A stretch of DNA of 64,000 nucleotides from Macrostomum lignano (GCA_002269645.1 NIVC01001204.1:272368-336367); one strand, 5' to 3'; positions 49,790 through 64,000 are shown, counted from the first letter of the stretch. Made by a program: numbers and translations. The notes: generated from the letters alone by a model not told the origin.

Positions 49790-50631
49790 TTAGTGTCAGT
49801 CTGTCTTAATGTCAGTCTGTTTTAGTGTCAGTCTGTCCTAATGTCAATCTGTCTTAGTGTCAGTCTGTCTTAATGTCAGTCTGTTTTAGTGTCAGTCTGT
49901 CCTAATGTCAGTCTGTCTTAGAGTCAGTCTGTCTTAATGTCAATCTGTCTTAGTGTCAGTCTGTCCTAATGTCAGTCTGTCTTAGAGTCAGTCTGTCTTA
50001 ATGTCAGTCTGTCTTAGTGCCAGTCTGTCTTAGTGTCAGTCTGTCTTAGTGTCAGTCTGTTTTAGCGTCAATCTGCCTTAGTGTCAGTCTGTCTTAGTGC
50101 CAGTCTGTCTTAATGTCAATCTGTCTTAGTGTCAATCTGTCTTAGTGTCAGTCTGTCTTAATGTCAGTATGTCTTAGTGTCACTCTGCCTTAGTGTCAGT
50201 CTGTCTTAATGTCAATCTGTCTTAGTGTCAATCTGTCTTAGTGTCAGTCTGTCTTAATGTCATTCTGTCTTAGTGTCAGTCTGTCTTAGTGTCAGTCTGT
50301 CTTAGAGTCAGTCTGTCTTAATGTCAGTCTGTCTTAGTGCCAGTCCTTCTTAGTGTCAGTCTGTTTTAGCGTCAATCTGCCTTAGTGTCAGTCTGCCTTA
50401 GTGTCAGTCTGCCTTAGTGTCAGTCTGCCTTAGTGTCAATCTGCCTTAGTGTCAGTCTGTCTTAATGTCAGGCTGTCTTAGTGTCAGTCAGTTTTAGTTT
50501 CAATCTGCCTTAGTGCCAGTCTGTCTTAATGTCAATCTGTCTTAGTGTCAATCTGTCTTAGTGTCAGTCTGTCTTAGTGTCAGTCTGTCTTAGTGTCTGT
50601 CTGTCTTAGTGTCAGTCTGTCTGACACTAAG
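49790..50631. repeat. 16-bp minisatellite ending in a fold-back hairpin
   Basis: Unit CTTAGTGTCAGTCTGT; last unit inverted (50605-50615 pairs with 50621-50631). Confidence 0.93.
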
Positions 50632-51489
50632 TGGTCAGCGAAACGGGCAATGATTTGCTCACTTCCTTCTTGACGGCCTTGATTCACACGGCAATGGATT
50701 CACACACAGTAGACGATTAAATTCACGGATGCAAAGTTTTAGGGCAATAAGTTCTACCGTTTCAAATAGGCTATTCTTAGCATAAAGTAAGAGAATATGA
50801 ACTTTTCCCTTTATTATATATATTCCGATATGTTGTCAATAACGCATCTTTTGAAGCTGAAAGCCTCTTCAGCCTCTTTAGCGCCGCATTCCCTTCTTTA
50901 GTGAGAGAGTCAGATTTCCGTCATCTTCTTATCCAGGAAATCAGCTTCCCAGCCTCATCTTGATGCTAAGGGGGTGTGAGAAACACGGATCCCAGTTCGC
51001 ACCAAGATTAGGTTGCTGCCTGCCTGCCTGCCTGCCTGTCTGTCTGTCTTCCTAATGACAACTGCTGCTTCGTCTAGAAGCAAGTTTATTTCTCTTTTCT
51101 TTGAAAAATTTCCCGTGGGCCAAGTCAGGACGAGTCTGTGGGAATCCGGTTTGAACATTCCCAGCTATCTGGAGGGACTGCGTAAGTGTCTGAAATCTGG
51201 AACTTCGGGGGGAAAATTTGGAGAGAAAGAATGGCTGGCTTTGGCACAGTTTCTGGCCCCACTTACAAATAGAGAGGGAGGATGAAGTTCGATACCACGG
51301 AGCACTGCGCATAGCGAAGATCAAATTAGTGAGGCCCTGCCCACTTTCCTGATGGCGGCCTCGACTGCCGCAAGCACCGGATGGGGAAAAGTGTAACTTT
51401 TAACTAGGGAGTCTGTTATTACAGAAGTGGATGGATTGCCCTGTGTGTTAGTCTATAGGGCAGTATGACAGATATGGGCTATGGGGCCA

Positions 51490-52160
51490 AGAATGCTTAA
51501 TGATCAAGGATGTATGTACTTACTAATGACGCTTAATGATTAAGGGCGTATGTATTAACAAATAATGCTTAATGATCAAGGATGTGTACACTAATAAATA
51601 ATGCTTAATGATCAAGGATGTATGTAATAACCAAGGATTCTTATGATCAAGGATGTGTACACTAACAAATAATGCTTAATGATCAAGGATGTATGCAATA
51701 ACCAAGGATTCTTATGATCAAGGATGTATGTAATAACCAAGGATGTGTAATGATCAAGGATGTTTACACTAGCTAATAATGCTTAATGATCAAGGATGTT
51801 GTGTACTAACTAATGATACTTAATGATTAGGGATATGTGTACTAACTAATGATACTTAATGATTAGAGATGTGTGTACTAACTAGTGATACTTAATGATC
51901 AAGGATGTGTGTACTAACTATTGATGCTTAATGATCGAGGATGTATGTAATATCCAATGATGCCTACTAATCAAGGATGTATGTAATATTAAGGACGCCT
52001 GATGATCAAGATTGTATTTAATAACTAAGGACGCCTAATAATCAAGGATGTACAAGTATGTAATAACTAAGGACGCTTAATGATCAAGGATGTATGCAAT
52101 ATCTAAGGACGCTTAGTGATGAAGGTTGTATGTAATAACTAAGGACGCCTAATAATAACC
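51490..52160. repeat. Degenerate ~30-bp AT-rich minisatellite
   Basis: Recurrent AATGATCAAGGATGT core. Confidence 0.88.
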
Positions 52161-53115
52161 ACAAAATACGTCTATTATGATCAGGGAATGTCTCTATTTA
52201 CCTATGGTGAACAGGACCTACAGATGATATATTTCGAGCATCAATGACTTCTGCATGTCTACGCTTAACAATAGTCTACGACTTATACTTAATCCTGTAT
52301 TCCCTACCTACGAGTTGCAGCTGTTTATATCTAAGAAAAGTCTGTATGCTAAAATCTCAAAAAAAGAGTGAAATGTGGGCAGGCTTGCCAAGCATATTCA
52401 TTTGCTGCGCACTTTGCCAAACAAATTGGACGAGAGCCACTTACACGATGCTACACTCGACAGCTTCTTGACAGAGGCTTATCGAGAGAAGAAATCCTTG
52501 AAGACTTTCTAAAGTCTCAGCCTTGGAGACACGTATTGAGCTCTCTTCTACTCCCTTCAGTCGGTCTCTCCTTGCTGCGCTGCACTTTCTAGTAGAGGGG
52601 CGGGGAGAAGGGATCAGGTAGAAAGCAGCCGAGCCGCCACGGAAATTGTCACCGGCGGCAGGGTCGTGAGGCTGCGGCAGAAAAAGCAAATGCAAAGAAA
52701 GACAGATCCGCAATGCCGGGTTTCTGTCTTCGCCCTCTTCTTTTGCTTGGCTCCGCCGGAGCTGCCGCTCTGTGCCGCTTTCAAGGTGAGGTCAGACTGG
52801 GGCAGCTCCGGAATCGCATTCTCGGCATTGGGGATCTCGGCTGGGAGTGGGATCTGTGACGCCAGCTCAGGCAGTTGGAAATGGGAGGCGTGGCGTCCGC
52901 GATAGGATCATTTTTATCCCGTCTGTCTGCTCCGCTTCTATGCCATGGCCGCGCCTTCCAATCCAGTTTCCTCCAGTCCAGGACTCGCGGTTCCTGTCCA
53001 ATCACACAGCAGCTGCAAAGAGGCTTGCGGAATCCAAAGTAGCTGCACTTTTCAGTGTGGCTTCCACCTATGTATGCATTAAGTAGCTATTGACTATATG
53101 TAGATACGTGTACTA

Positions 53116-54528
<1,413 letters not shown>

Positions 54529-56170
54529 CGTTCTGAATACTTATCCACCTACAGCCACATCCTAGAATTCTACTCCGACACAATCTGTGTAACAGGAGTT
54601 CTGACACGTGTTCAATAAGGCACGTTTTACTTTCTCTATCAGTTACTCCTTCAAGCGAGAAGTCGCTCTCTCAGAAGACGAGCCCACTGCGTAAGCCCTG
54701 CTGCTTCGTCGCCCCACCCCAGCAGCTGTGTGGCTGCAGCGGCACCTGAGCGCGTGAAAAGCGCAGCCCTGCAACAGCTTTGCCCCATTTGCTGCTCAGT
54801 CAGAGTTTGCAGCAGTCACACTTCTCGGGTCTTTAGTGTGTGTATTTTGAGCGCTGCTGTTGTGGACTGCTCTTCTCTGTGGCACCGTTGTAACCTGAGT
54901 GAGGCTTTGGAGAAATTTTCAGTCTTGTAGGGCCAAAGTTTTTAAATGCCTTTATTGAGGTTTTTTTAAATTGCTATTGCATGGGAAAAATCATTATGGA
55001 ATGTCATTCAAAACGGATTACCAGAGTGTTGCCTTTAAAAAATACTTGATAGTTTCAAAAAGAGATGAGACTTTTGAGAAGACAAGGACAAGGGGGAGAA
55101 GTACAAGAAGGAGAACGGGGAGGAGGAGGAGGAGAAGGAGGAGGAGCAGGAGAAAGAGGGGGAGAAGGAGGGGAAGGAGAAGGAGGAGGAGATGGAGGAT
55201 AAGGAGAAGAATGATGAGGAGAGCGGACAAGAAGTGCCAAAAGAAATGAAGAAAAATTTCAGACAAATATTATACCATGAAACAGAAGAATTATATAACT
55301 TTCTTTGAGACAGGAAACTCACATCAAGAAAGCAAGTATCATTGATAATGTGTCCTATAAGAATAAAAAACACAGAGTACAGGATAGCTAAGACCTCAGC
55401 AGCATCATACTGATCCCCATCCCCAGATACAGAGCTCCACTCGCAGCTCAGCCAAACTAACACTGCACACTGGCGCTGATTTGTTTGAACCAAAATGAAG
55501 CCAAATAGCGCACTTTCTTCCCTTTACTGGGGCTTTGGTGTTCGGCTGGGGGGATTAGCTGGGGTTGCTGTTGTCGCATTAACAAAATGATGATGGATTA
55601 TGATGCGGCAGCTGCACTTGCATCTGGCTGCTGGAGTTGAGGCTAGGGCTTGACTGCACTGACCATCGCGTGTGCTCATACCGCATTCTCGGCTCAGCTC
55701 TCAACGCTCCTCACTTATGCTGCAGCAGTGGGTGAGGGTGCAGCGGGGGCAGCTGTTCTGCTTGATTGATTAAAACTGGTCCTGAAGGACAAGAAAATTG
55801 AGGACGAGGCTCTCTCTGATGGAAGTCCGATTTAGTTTCTCTCAAGAAGCCTCCGCCTGTCCCTCCACTGCTCTGCAACGCCACTGCAGGGAGTCTGAGA
55901 GACAGAATCAACTAAAATAAAAAAAGAAAACTAGATAAAGGCAAGAGCTGCTTCTTTCTTGTTGGACTTTTTCTATCTGGAGAAGCGGCAGCAGGAGCAG
56001 CACTGTTACGACTGCCATTTCTTAGAAAGCCCCTCCTTGTTCCAGTTGGAGTGGTCTAGGGTCCCCCGACTGTTTGATTCAGTTGAAATAATTTTTCTTT
56101 TGTATTATAGAGAAGCATGATGTAGTAGATGGTATTTCAATCTAAAAATATTCATGCGGCACGAGGAGGC

Positions 56171-56485
56171 GGGGTTTGTAGCCTAGTGGTTGGAGCATCG
56201 GACTCACGAATGAAAGGTCGGGGGTTCGAATTTTGACCCAGTCGTAGCAATTGGTGTTCCATTTGAGCAAGACACTTAACTCTGCATTGCTTCAGTTCCC
56301 CAGCTGTAAAATGGGTGCCAGCAAAAGTTGGGGTAATTGAGGGTGTGTGTGGCCACCCCCCAGTCCTTGAACTGAACAGCCGTACGCAGCCTTCAGATGC
56401 GCCGCGAAATAGCTGCGGCTGAGCTGTCGGTTGCACATCTGGCCACGAGGACAAGTGTAATCAATTATTATTATTGTATTATTAT
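56171..56485 (+). mobile_element. tRNA-derived SINE with CORE-like domain and ATT-rich tail
   Basis: A box TAGTGGTTGGAGC, B box GGTTCGAATT; TTGAGCAAGACACTTAAC..TTCAGTTCCCCAGCTGTAAAATGGG resembles the MIR CORE consensus; (ATT)n tail. Confidence 0.82.
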
Positions 56486-56592
56486 GGGACACAAATTTAA
56501 CTTCGGGCATTATGTTTGTTACGAACTACTAACCGAAGTACAAAGCGTTGCGCAAGATGTTGTAGAAAGTAAAAAAGCAAATTATCAAACTT

Positions 56593-59500
56593 CTAGAAGG
56601 CCTGTGGTAAATCAGCTAGAAGACGCTCCTGTTGAAATCTTATCAGTTCTTTAGACGTTAGCTCGTGGCTTTGAATGCTTGTTTGAAATTTTCTAATCAC
56701 CGATAGAGCCAGACTGTGATCTGAGCAGTATCGCATGGCAGTGAGCAGTTCCTGAATGTCTGCTTCGTCGCGCAGAAGCAGACCCAGAAGCCAAGCGTTC
56801 CGAGCCTCGGCGCTTTTGACTCGCAGCTCGCAACTCAGACAAAGCAGCAGGCAATCAAAGTTTATATAGTAGAACGCGTCGTAGTTCTCCATTCGCAGGG
56901 GAAACCAGGTGGCCAGATGATCCGGTAGGAGGCTGGACAGATCCGGCCGGCTTAGGAACATGAAGCTGAATCTCCAGGCTAGGTCGCTGTTGCATAGCTG
57001 GTTGAATACTGCCGACTCCCCTGACCCTTCTGCGGGTCTAGAAGCGAATTCCTTAATGCCTCTGCTTACTATGTGACCGTTGCAGTCCAACAAAACATCA
57101 GAGGCGGCAACTGTATCGTTAAATTTCAGGCAGACCAGGGCCCTGAGGCTCTCGCGAGCTGATCTAGCACAGTCTGGCAACCTGCCAATCTTCTTCACCA
57201 GGGAGGCTTCGAATTCACGGCTAAAGTCAGGCACGACCAGAGATTCAAACGAATCTCTTACGATGTCATAGATGCTGTAATAATCGCGGAAGTGCAGCCC
57301 TGTTGAAAACTTTGGATCGATCTCTGGGAGAATAAGAAATGGGTGAAAATGAAACAAATTGTTTGACCCAATTTGGTACAGGCTGTTTTTGAAGCTCATC
57401 AGAAGCTGGGGCAAGTGGTCGATCACGTCTCGAAGAACTTGCACGATCTCTTCAAAACTGCTGCGATCGGCGCCCTTCAGATACAAAGCTGCATCGCTCA
57501 AGAAGAAATGCTCCATGATTCGACCATCTGTATTGTCAGCGGAACGACTCGTCTCGACACTGTCCAACAGCATCTGCACCGATCGACGGATGAGTGTCAC
57601 AAGGTTCTCCGGCTTCCACTGCTCTTCTGGTGTCTCTTCAAGCATTCGGAACGTGACCGTCTTCGCGTGATACGCCTTCAGACCGTGAACTCTGCGACCG
57701 ATCACCTTCTTGACCAGAAACTTGAGCGTGACGAACAGCTGGCCCTGCAGAGTCGTGAGACTCCGTAGCAGGCGTCTCTCTAAGAAGGTGGTGCTCACTC
57801 GGAGCTGCTTGCCGGCTTGTCCAGGAGGTGCCGCGTGAACCACGTGACAGGGCGAGGCTTCGAGCTCGCTTGTGAGAGACTGCAGCACCGGTTGTGGGAT
57901 GCTGGATTTGGCCAGTCGATGAGGCTGCAGCGGCCCGATTGGAGGATAGCAGCAGAGGCGACAGGCGCTCACGCGGTCCACGGCGGGTCGGAGAGTCGAA
58001 CCGTTCTCTGGCCGGGCTGGGCTGGAAGCTGATTGAGATTGGTAAATTACTGAAGACTATTATAACTTCGAGCTTTAGAGTTTCGAGATTAGAGAAATAA
58101 AAATATGCTTACCATATCCTTCACAGATTATATGACCGTTGTCAAATTCCACAACTAGTTCAGAGTCAGGATCAGTGCACCTGCAGACATCTTTCAGGTG
58201 ATAAATCCTTCCTGGTATGAGCTGCATCACGTCTATGTCGGATTCTGGGTCCGTTCTGCCATCCAAATGGCTGAGGCTGTTTCCCCAGCCTTCCGAGTAG
58301 CTGCCAACAACAAAAACTTCTTCGCTGCGTAGGCGTTGTCTTAGTATGCGCTGCAGGACGTCCGCACACGAGCTCTGAAGGGCAGCTCGGGTCTGCTCAA
58401 AGCCAGCCTGCTGGAGAGAACTGTGCAGTTGCTGACTGAATTCTTCTTCGCTGAAATACGTACGAGAAATTGAAAGTGAAACTTAATGTGAATTTTCAGA
58501 GTAAAGGATATTTACTGTGCGGCTTTAATGAAGTTATATTACCTCAAGCTGGAACTGCTTTTATCAACTTGTGACGTTATCGGCTCGTCTTGCACAGTCC
58601 CAGCATCTTCTGAATTATCGCTGCCATATAGGGCCTTCCCAAGAAGTTCAGCAACTGTTTTGTGGTTACATTTTTTAGCCAAGTCTAAAGGGGTTTGACC
58701 ATCCCTGTCTGTTGCAGTGACATCAGCAAAGCATCGGAGCAGCGATTTAGTCGCTTCTGGATGTCCATTCTCAGCTGCGGCGTGCAGAGGTGTCTGCCCT
58801 GTAGTCGCTCTTGTCGTGTTGACATCGGCACCAGCGTGAATAAGATGCTCAATGGCTTTCCAATGACCGAATTGCGCTGCCAGATAAATCGGCGAGCAGC
58901 CGTCGTTCTGCTTCGAATTCATTGGACTACCTTGAGCTGCTTGAAGAAGCTCGTATAGAGTCGCTTGGTCGCCTCTCTGAGCAGTAATGTGCAGTGGAGT
59001 CTCTCCTGTCCTAGTTTGTGCATCCACTTTTGCTGCTCCAGAGCGCACTAGCAGCCTGGCCACTTCGCTGTGACCCTCTTGAGCGGCAATGTAAATCGTT
59101 GACACGCCGTCATTGCGCTGATGATCAATGTTAGCCTGCGATTCAATCAGAGTTTTGATAACTCTTTGATGGCCATTCTGTGAGGCGATGTAAACTGGAG
59201 ACGCACCGTCCACCTCGACAGTGTTGACGTCCGCCTGGGCTGCGATCAGGGCTTGCACTATTGCCAGATTTCCGTTCTGAGCCGCGGTGTGAATCGGTTC
59301 GCAGCCGTTGCTTGCTTTGACGTTGGCATCGGCGCGGCTCTTGAGAAGTAGCTGAGTAATCTTGAGTTGTCCATTTTGAGCAGCAAAGTGCAACGCTGTT
59401 TCACCTTTTTTGTTAGTAAGATTCACGTTGGCTGCCGCTTGAATAAGGCTAGCAACAACGCGAGCGTGACCTTCCTGAGTGGCTGCGAGCAGAGCAGAAT

Positions 59501-60014
59501 TCCCGTTGGTTAGACAACGCCAGTCAAGGTCTACTCCAGCTCTGAGCAGCCGAGCGACAATCTTGGAGTGGCCATTTTGCGCTGCCATGTAGATGGGGGT
59601 GCAGCCTGCCTCCTGTACAGGATTGAGGTCGGCTCCAGCGGCAATGAGTCGATCTACTACCGCCGTGTGGCCCTTGTCGCATGCGATATGCAGCGGCGCG
59701 TCGCCTGAGTCCCAGCGCGGCAGGTCGGCATTTGCACCGTTTTGAAGCAGCAGCTTGGCGACGTCCGCGTGCCCAAACTCGGCGGCCAGGAACAGCGGCG
59801 TGGCGCCGGCTTCTTGACGTCTATTGACATCGGCTTGAGCTCTCAGCAGCCGGTCGACCACTGCAACTTGACCAGTTGACGAGGCCAAATGAAGGGCAGC
59901 TCCAGAGTTGTCGCCGATGTAGAACATTTTGTCCACGGGAACTCCAGCAGCTATAAAGGCATCGACAACTACTAGATTTCCTGATAGTAGGGCCTGGAGA
60001 TACTCTATCTCCAT
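56593..60014 (-). CDS. Gene C: ANK (13 repeats)-cGLR (Mab-21/cGAS-like NTase) fusion, apparently intact, ~1081 aa
   Basis: Exons 60014-58543, 58450-58113 and 58028-56593 total 3246 nt (1082 codons) with GT-AG introns in phases 2 and 1. Motifs GSYSEG..ESDID, VDRVSA, CHVV, AYHAKTVTF. Confidence 0.88.
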
Positions 60015-60435
60015 GTTGCTTACCTATTCTTAAAATTTACTCTTTAATTTCTGCACTTGATCTGTGCCAAGAGCCTATCGAAAAAAGTGGGCCTCAGAGC
60101 TACGCCTGAAATAATTGCACCATTAGTGCTTATTAATTGTAATGCCGCGAACAAGGTACTCCCACCGTACATTTTTCTCTCTATCCTAGGTCGTGCACGT
60201 TTCTGCGTACAGAAGTGTACGCCAAAAAGACAGAAATTGCAGGGAGAAAGAAACTACTGGCATATATGTGCATTTACCCGAGCGCTTTTTTTCAAATTCA
60301 ACTAATCCAGTGCATTACTTGCAGCGATGCAGTACAAATAGACTATCATGGCTCGCTTACTGTCTACAGCTCTTTAGCCATCGCAATTCTCAAAGAGGGT
60401 CTTACTTTGCTAATAATTTGCAAAAAAACGCTGAC
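60015..60435. promoter_or_regulatory. 421-bp divergent intergenic region, candidate bidirectional promoter for genes C and D
   Basis: ATG of C at 60014 (minus) and likely ATG of D at 60436 (plus). Positional inference only. Confidence 0.45.
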
Positions 60436-63400
60436 ATGCAAGCCAAAAAAGAATTTCTGGACGCAATCAAGACGGAGAATTTGCCGATTATTGATAAGCA
60501 CCTTTCAGAGAAGCTAATAGAGCTAAATGAGGAGATCAGATATTGCTCAGGCCGTACAACTCCACTGCACTTAGCCTGCTATCTCGGTCGCTACGCAGCC
60601 GTTGACAGGCTCATCAAAGCGCAGGCGGATGTCAACTTGTTGACAAGCAGAAACGAATCGCCGCTATTCTTTGCGGTGCAGAATGGCCACCTCAAAGTGG
60701 TGGAGCTGCTAATCAGGGCTCAGGCCGATTTGGATATCCAGCAGTTTCAAGGGGCGAGCCCGATGCACATTGCCGCTCAAGACAATTGGCCCGATGTTGT
60801 GTACCATCTGGCTCGGTCTCAAGCCGACTTGAATCTCAGACAAAGCAACGGTTGTTCGCCGCTGTACATCGCCTGCCAGGATGGCTCAGTCGAATTCGTT
60901 AGGAAATTAATCAAGGCCGGTGTCGATGTGAACCTGCAAACAGAGTCTGGTGAGACACCCCTGCTTGCTGCTGTACAGTTCAATCACCGTGGAATTGTCA
61001 GACAGCTGCTGGACGCACATGCAGATGTGAATTTGCCTGACGACGAGGGCTGGTCACCGATTTTCATGGCGTCACAAGAGGGTTATTTGAAAGTGCTTCA
61101 GATGCTGATTGCAGCTCAAGCTGATGTCGATCTTCTCTCTAAAGACGAGACAACAGCGCTCTTCATTGCGGCAAAAGCTGGTCAGTATCACATAGCCAAA
61201 GCACTTGTACTAGCGCAAGCTGACGTCAATTTACAGACTCGAAATGGTAGGTCCGCGCTTTTCATTTCGGCAGAAAAGGGCAATCAAAAACTTTTGACCT
61301 TTCTGCTCAACGCGCAAGCTGATCCGGACGCACAAACTTGTGACCAAAAATCACCTTTGCATGCAGCAACCGTGAATGGTCATAGACAGGTGGTACAGAT
61401 ATTAATTAAGGCAATGACAAACTTGGATTGTCGGACTGAACAGTCAATGACACCTCTCATTCTTGCCACTCAAGCTGAAAGCCGTCACATTATTGAGCTT
61501 CTTATCAATTCGCAAGCAGATCCGAATACTCCAGGATTATCAGGAGAAACTGCTCTTCATGCTGCGCTAAACAGAGCCTCTTGCGAATTGAGCAGCCTCC
61601 TAATTACAGCACGCTCAAATCTAGATATTCTGGACGATCAGGGGTTCGCTCCAATCCATTTAGTCTCTAAGCATGGTGATTGCAAGTTATTGCAAGCATT
61701 GGTTTCAGCTAACGCCGATGTAAATTTTCGATCTCGGTCAGGAGCTACTGCCGCTTACATGGCAACGCAAGAAAATCATATCAACGTGCTTAATTTGCTT
61801 ATTACGGCTCAATCTGACCTAAATCTCGGAGCTGTGGAGCAGGCAACACCACTCTACATTGCCTCGCAGGATGGTCTCCAAGAATCTGTTAAGACACTCA
61901 TAAAAGCACAAGCAAACATTAATAAACGAGTGCTTACTGGTCAGTCACCTTTATACATTGCCTGCCAAAAAGGACACGAAAAAGTTGTCAATGAGTTATT
62001 GAAGGCACAAGCCGATGTTGAACTGTAAGACGAAAGAGGCTTCTCGCCTTTATACATGGCCGCACAGTTTGGCCATAGCGAAGTCGTCAAAGCTCTGATA
62101 AAGTCGCAAGCAGATGTGAATGTCCTCTGGAAATTTTCTCTAGCACCTTTGCACATTGCAGCGCAAGAGAACACCAGGAAACTGTTGACTTGCTTATCGG
62201 AGCCCAGGCCAATGTCGACGTCCAGAGGGATACTGGAGAGTCGCCGCTCCACTTGGCAGTGCACTGGGGTCACGTAGGAGTTGTGTCTTCCCTCCTGACA
62301 GGCCAAGCCGAAGTAGATCTTCAAGAAGTCGGAGAGGGATATTCGCCTCTTTTGATATCTAGCCAACAGGGTCACACTGACATTACCAACTTGCTTCTGA
62401 GCTCTAAAGCAGATTCGGATATTCGAACCAAGAGTGGCAAGTCGCCGCTGCACATTGCCGCAAAGTCAGGTCATGATCGAGTAGTTGAGCTGCTGCTTGA
62501 AGCCAGATGCACGATCAGACCACACGCACTTGATGGAAATACGCCTTTGGAGTTGTCCCTCGCTCAAAACCATCTGCCGGTAGCTAGACGACTCAGAAGG
62601 GCTCAAGAAAATTTCGATTATTGCGCTGCAGACTCTGAAGTAATAAAAGACAGTACTGATATTCACCTGTTCTTCAGCCAGAAGCGAACTTATCTAGTAA
62701 ACGTTTTGAACAGTTTGAAAACCTTACTAAGTATGGGTAAGTTTTGTTCCATTTTATGAAACAGGTATTTTAGCTGTAATTTTTATCACATGTACGAGAA
62801 GAATACTAAGGAGAAATGTCTAACTTCACTAAACTTCAGACCACAACCCGAAGACACAGAACTCAGTCTGCAGCTACACGCAGCACTAACCAAGTCGGGA
62901 TTTTCCGAAACCAGAGCCGCAATGCAGAGTGCAATGGCCGACGTACTGGAAACAATTCTAAGAAACCGACTGAATGACAATGAGGTCTTCGTAGTGGGAA
63001 GCTACTCCGAGGGCTGGGGCAACAGTCTAACACGTATGGACGGTAGAACTGATTTTGAATCCGACATTGACGTAGTTCAGCTAATGCCTGGCCGATTGTA
63101 TCACGTGAGACGCTTCTGCCAATGCCGAATGCTAACAGTCGACAAACAACAAGTTACTACAACGGGCATATAGAATGTGAAGGATTTGGTGAGGGTTCAA
63201 TGATTATGAGCTTAAATTTAGTATTTTGGTCATCTAGAAAGGACTTTATATTATACTCGTAATTCTGCTTCCCAACTTTAGCGTCAAACCCAGCCCGGCC
63301 AGAGAACGGTTCGACTCTCCGACCCGCCGTGGACCGCGTGAGCGCCTGTCGCCTCTGCTGCTATCCTCCAATCGGCCGCTGCAGCCTCATCGACTGGCCA

Positions 63401-64000
63401 AATCCAGCATCCCACAAACGGTGCTGCAGTCTCTCACAAGCGAGCTCGAAGCCTCGCCCTGTCACGTGGTTCACGCGGCACCTGCTGGACAAGCCGGCAA
63501 GCAGCTCCGAGTGAGCACCACCTTCCTTAGAGAGACGCCTGCTACGGAGTCTCACAACTCTGCAGGGCCAGCTGTTCGTCACGCTCAAGTTTCTGGTCAA
63601 GAAGGTGATCGGTCGCAGAGTTCATGGTCTGAAGGCGTATCACGCGAAGACGGTCACGTTCGAATGCTTGAAGAGACACCAGAAGAGCAGTGGAAGCCGG
63701 AGAACCTTATGACACTCATCCGTCGATCGGTGCAGATGCTGTTGGACAGTGTCGAGACGAGTCGTTCCGCTGACAATACAGATGGCCAATAATGGAGCAT
63801 TTCTTCTTGAGCGATGCGGCTTTGTATCTGAAGGGTGCCGATCGCAGCAGTTTGAAGAGATCGTGCAAGTTCTTCGAGACGTGATCGACCACTTGCCCCA
63901 GCTGCTGATGAGCTTCAATGAATATCTGAAACAGTCAGTGCTGAAGGCATGTTTTACTTTCATCCGTTCCTCATACTACCTATTCTTTTGTGGAACCCGG
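60436..64000 (+). pseudogene. Gene D: ANK (~21 repeats)-cGLR fusion with a nonsense codon and frameshifts (pseudogene or assembly errors); runs off the right edge
   Basis: ANK exon 60436-62639 with in-frame TAA at 62026-62028 and a 1-nt frameshift near 62171. Candidate exon 62678-62736; NTase exon 62840-63188 (GSYSEG..ESDID); last exon from 63282 is nearly identical to gene C but has several 1-nt indels. Confidence 0.8.

Noticed and set aside
56174-56250. Possible tRNA genes (also 40835-40906)
   Set aside because: The acceptor stem does not close convincingly, and both copies continue into the same CORE-like body, so they are SINE heads.
60193-60435. N-terminal extension of the gene D ORF from a non-ATG start
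   Set aside because: Starts at GTG, is not ankyrin-like and lies in the short intergenic region; ATG 60436 is preferred.

Overview
Eukaryotic, intron-containing, repeat-rich animal DNA. The style is compatible with a free-living flatworm such as Macrostomum, but that is inference only. The main result comes from splicing the ORF track by hand. Ankyrin-repeat ORFs that appear to end in stop codons actually end at splice donors, and they join in frame to downstream Mab-21/cGAS-like nucleotidyltransferase exons. This gives four ANK-cGLR fusion genes in two inverted pairs. Pair A/B is tail-to-tail (~2.8-20.5 kb) around a truncated Gypsy element, and pair C/D is head-to-head (~56.6-64 kb) with start codons 421 bp apart. 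Between the pairs lie two secreted WSC+PAN-like genes, a secreted PAN+C-type lectin gene and a complete 10-exon Cys-loop anion channel gene (36235-48322, minus strand, one GC-AG intron). Mobile DNA includes a decayed LINE inserted into gene A, a solo-LTR-like insert with TA..TA ends and a 5-bp TSD, a full-length THAP/P-superfamily transposon with an 8-bp TSD, a 38-bp TIR micro-element with an 8-bp TSD, and two tRNA-headed CORE-like SINEs. Many long micro- and minisatellites generate spurious ORFs. All gene models were derived by eye from splice signals and reading phase, and no database searches were run.
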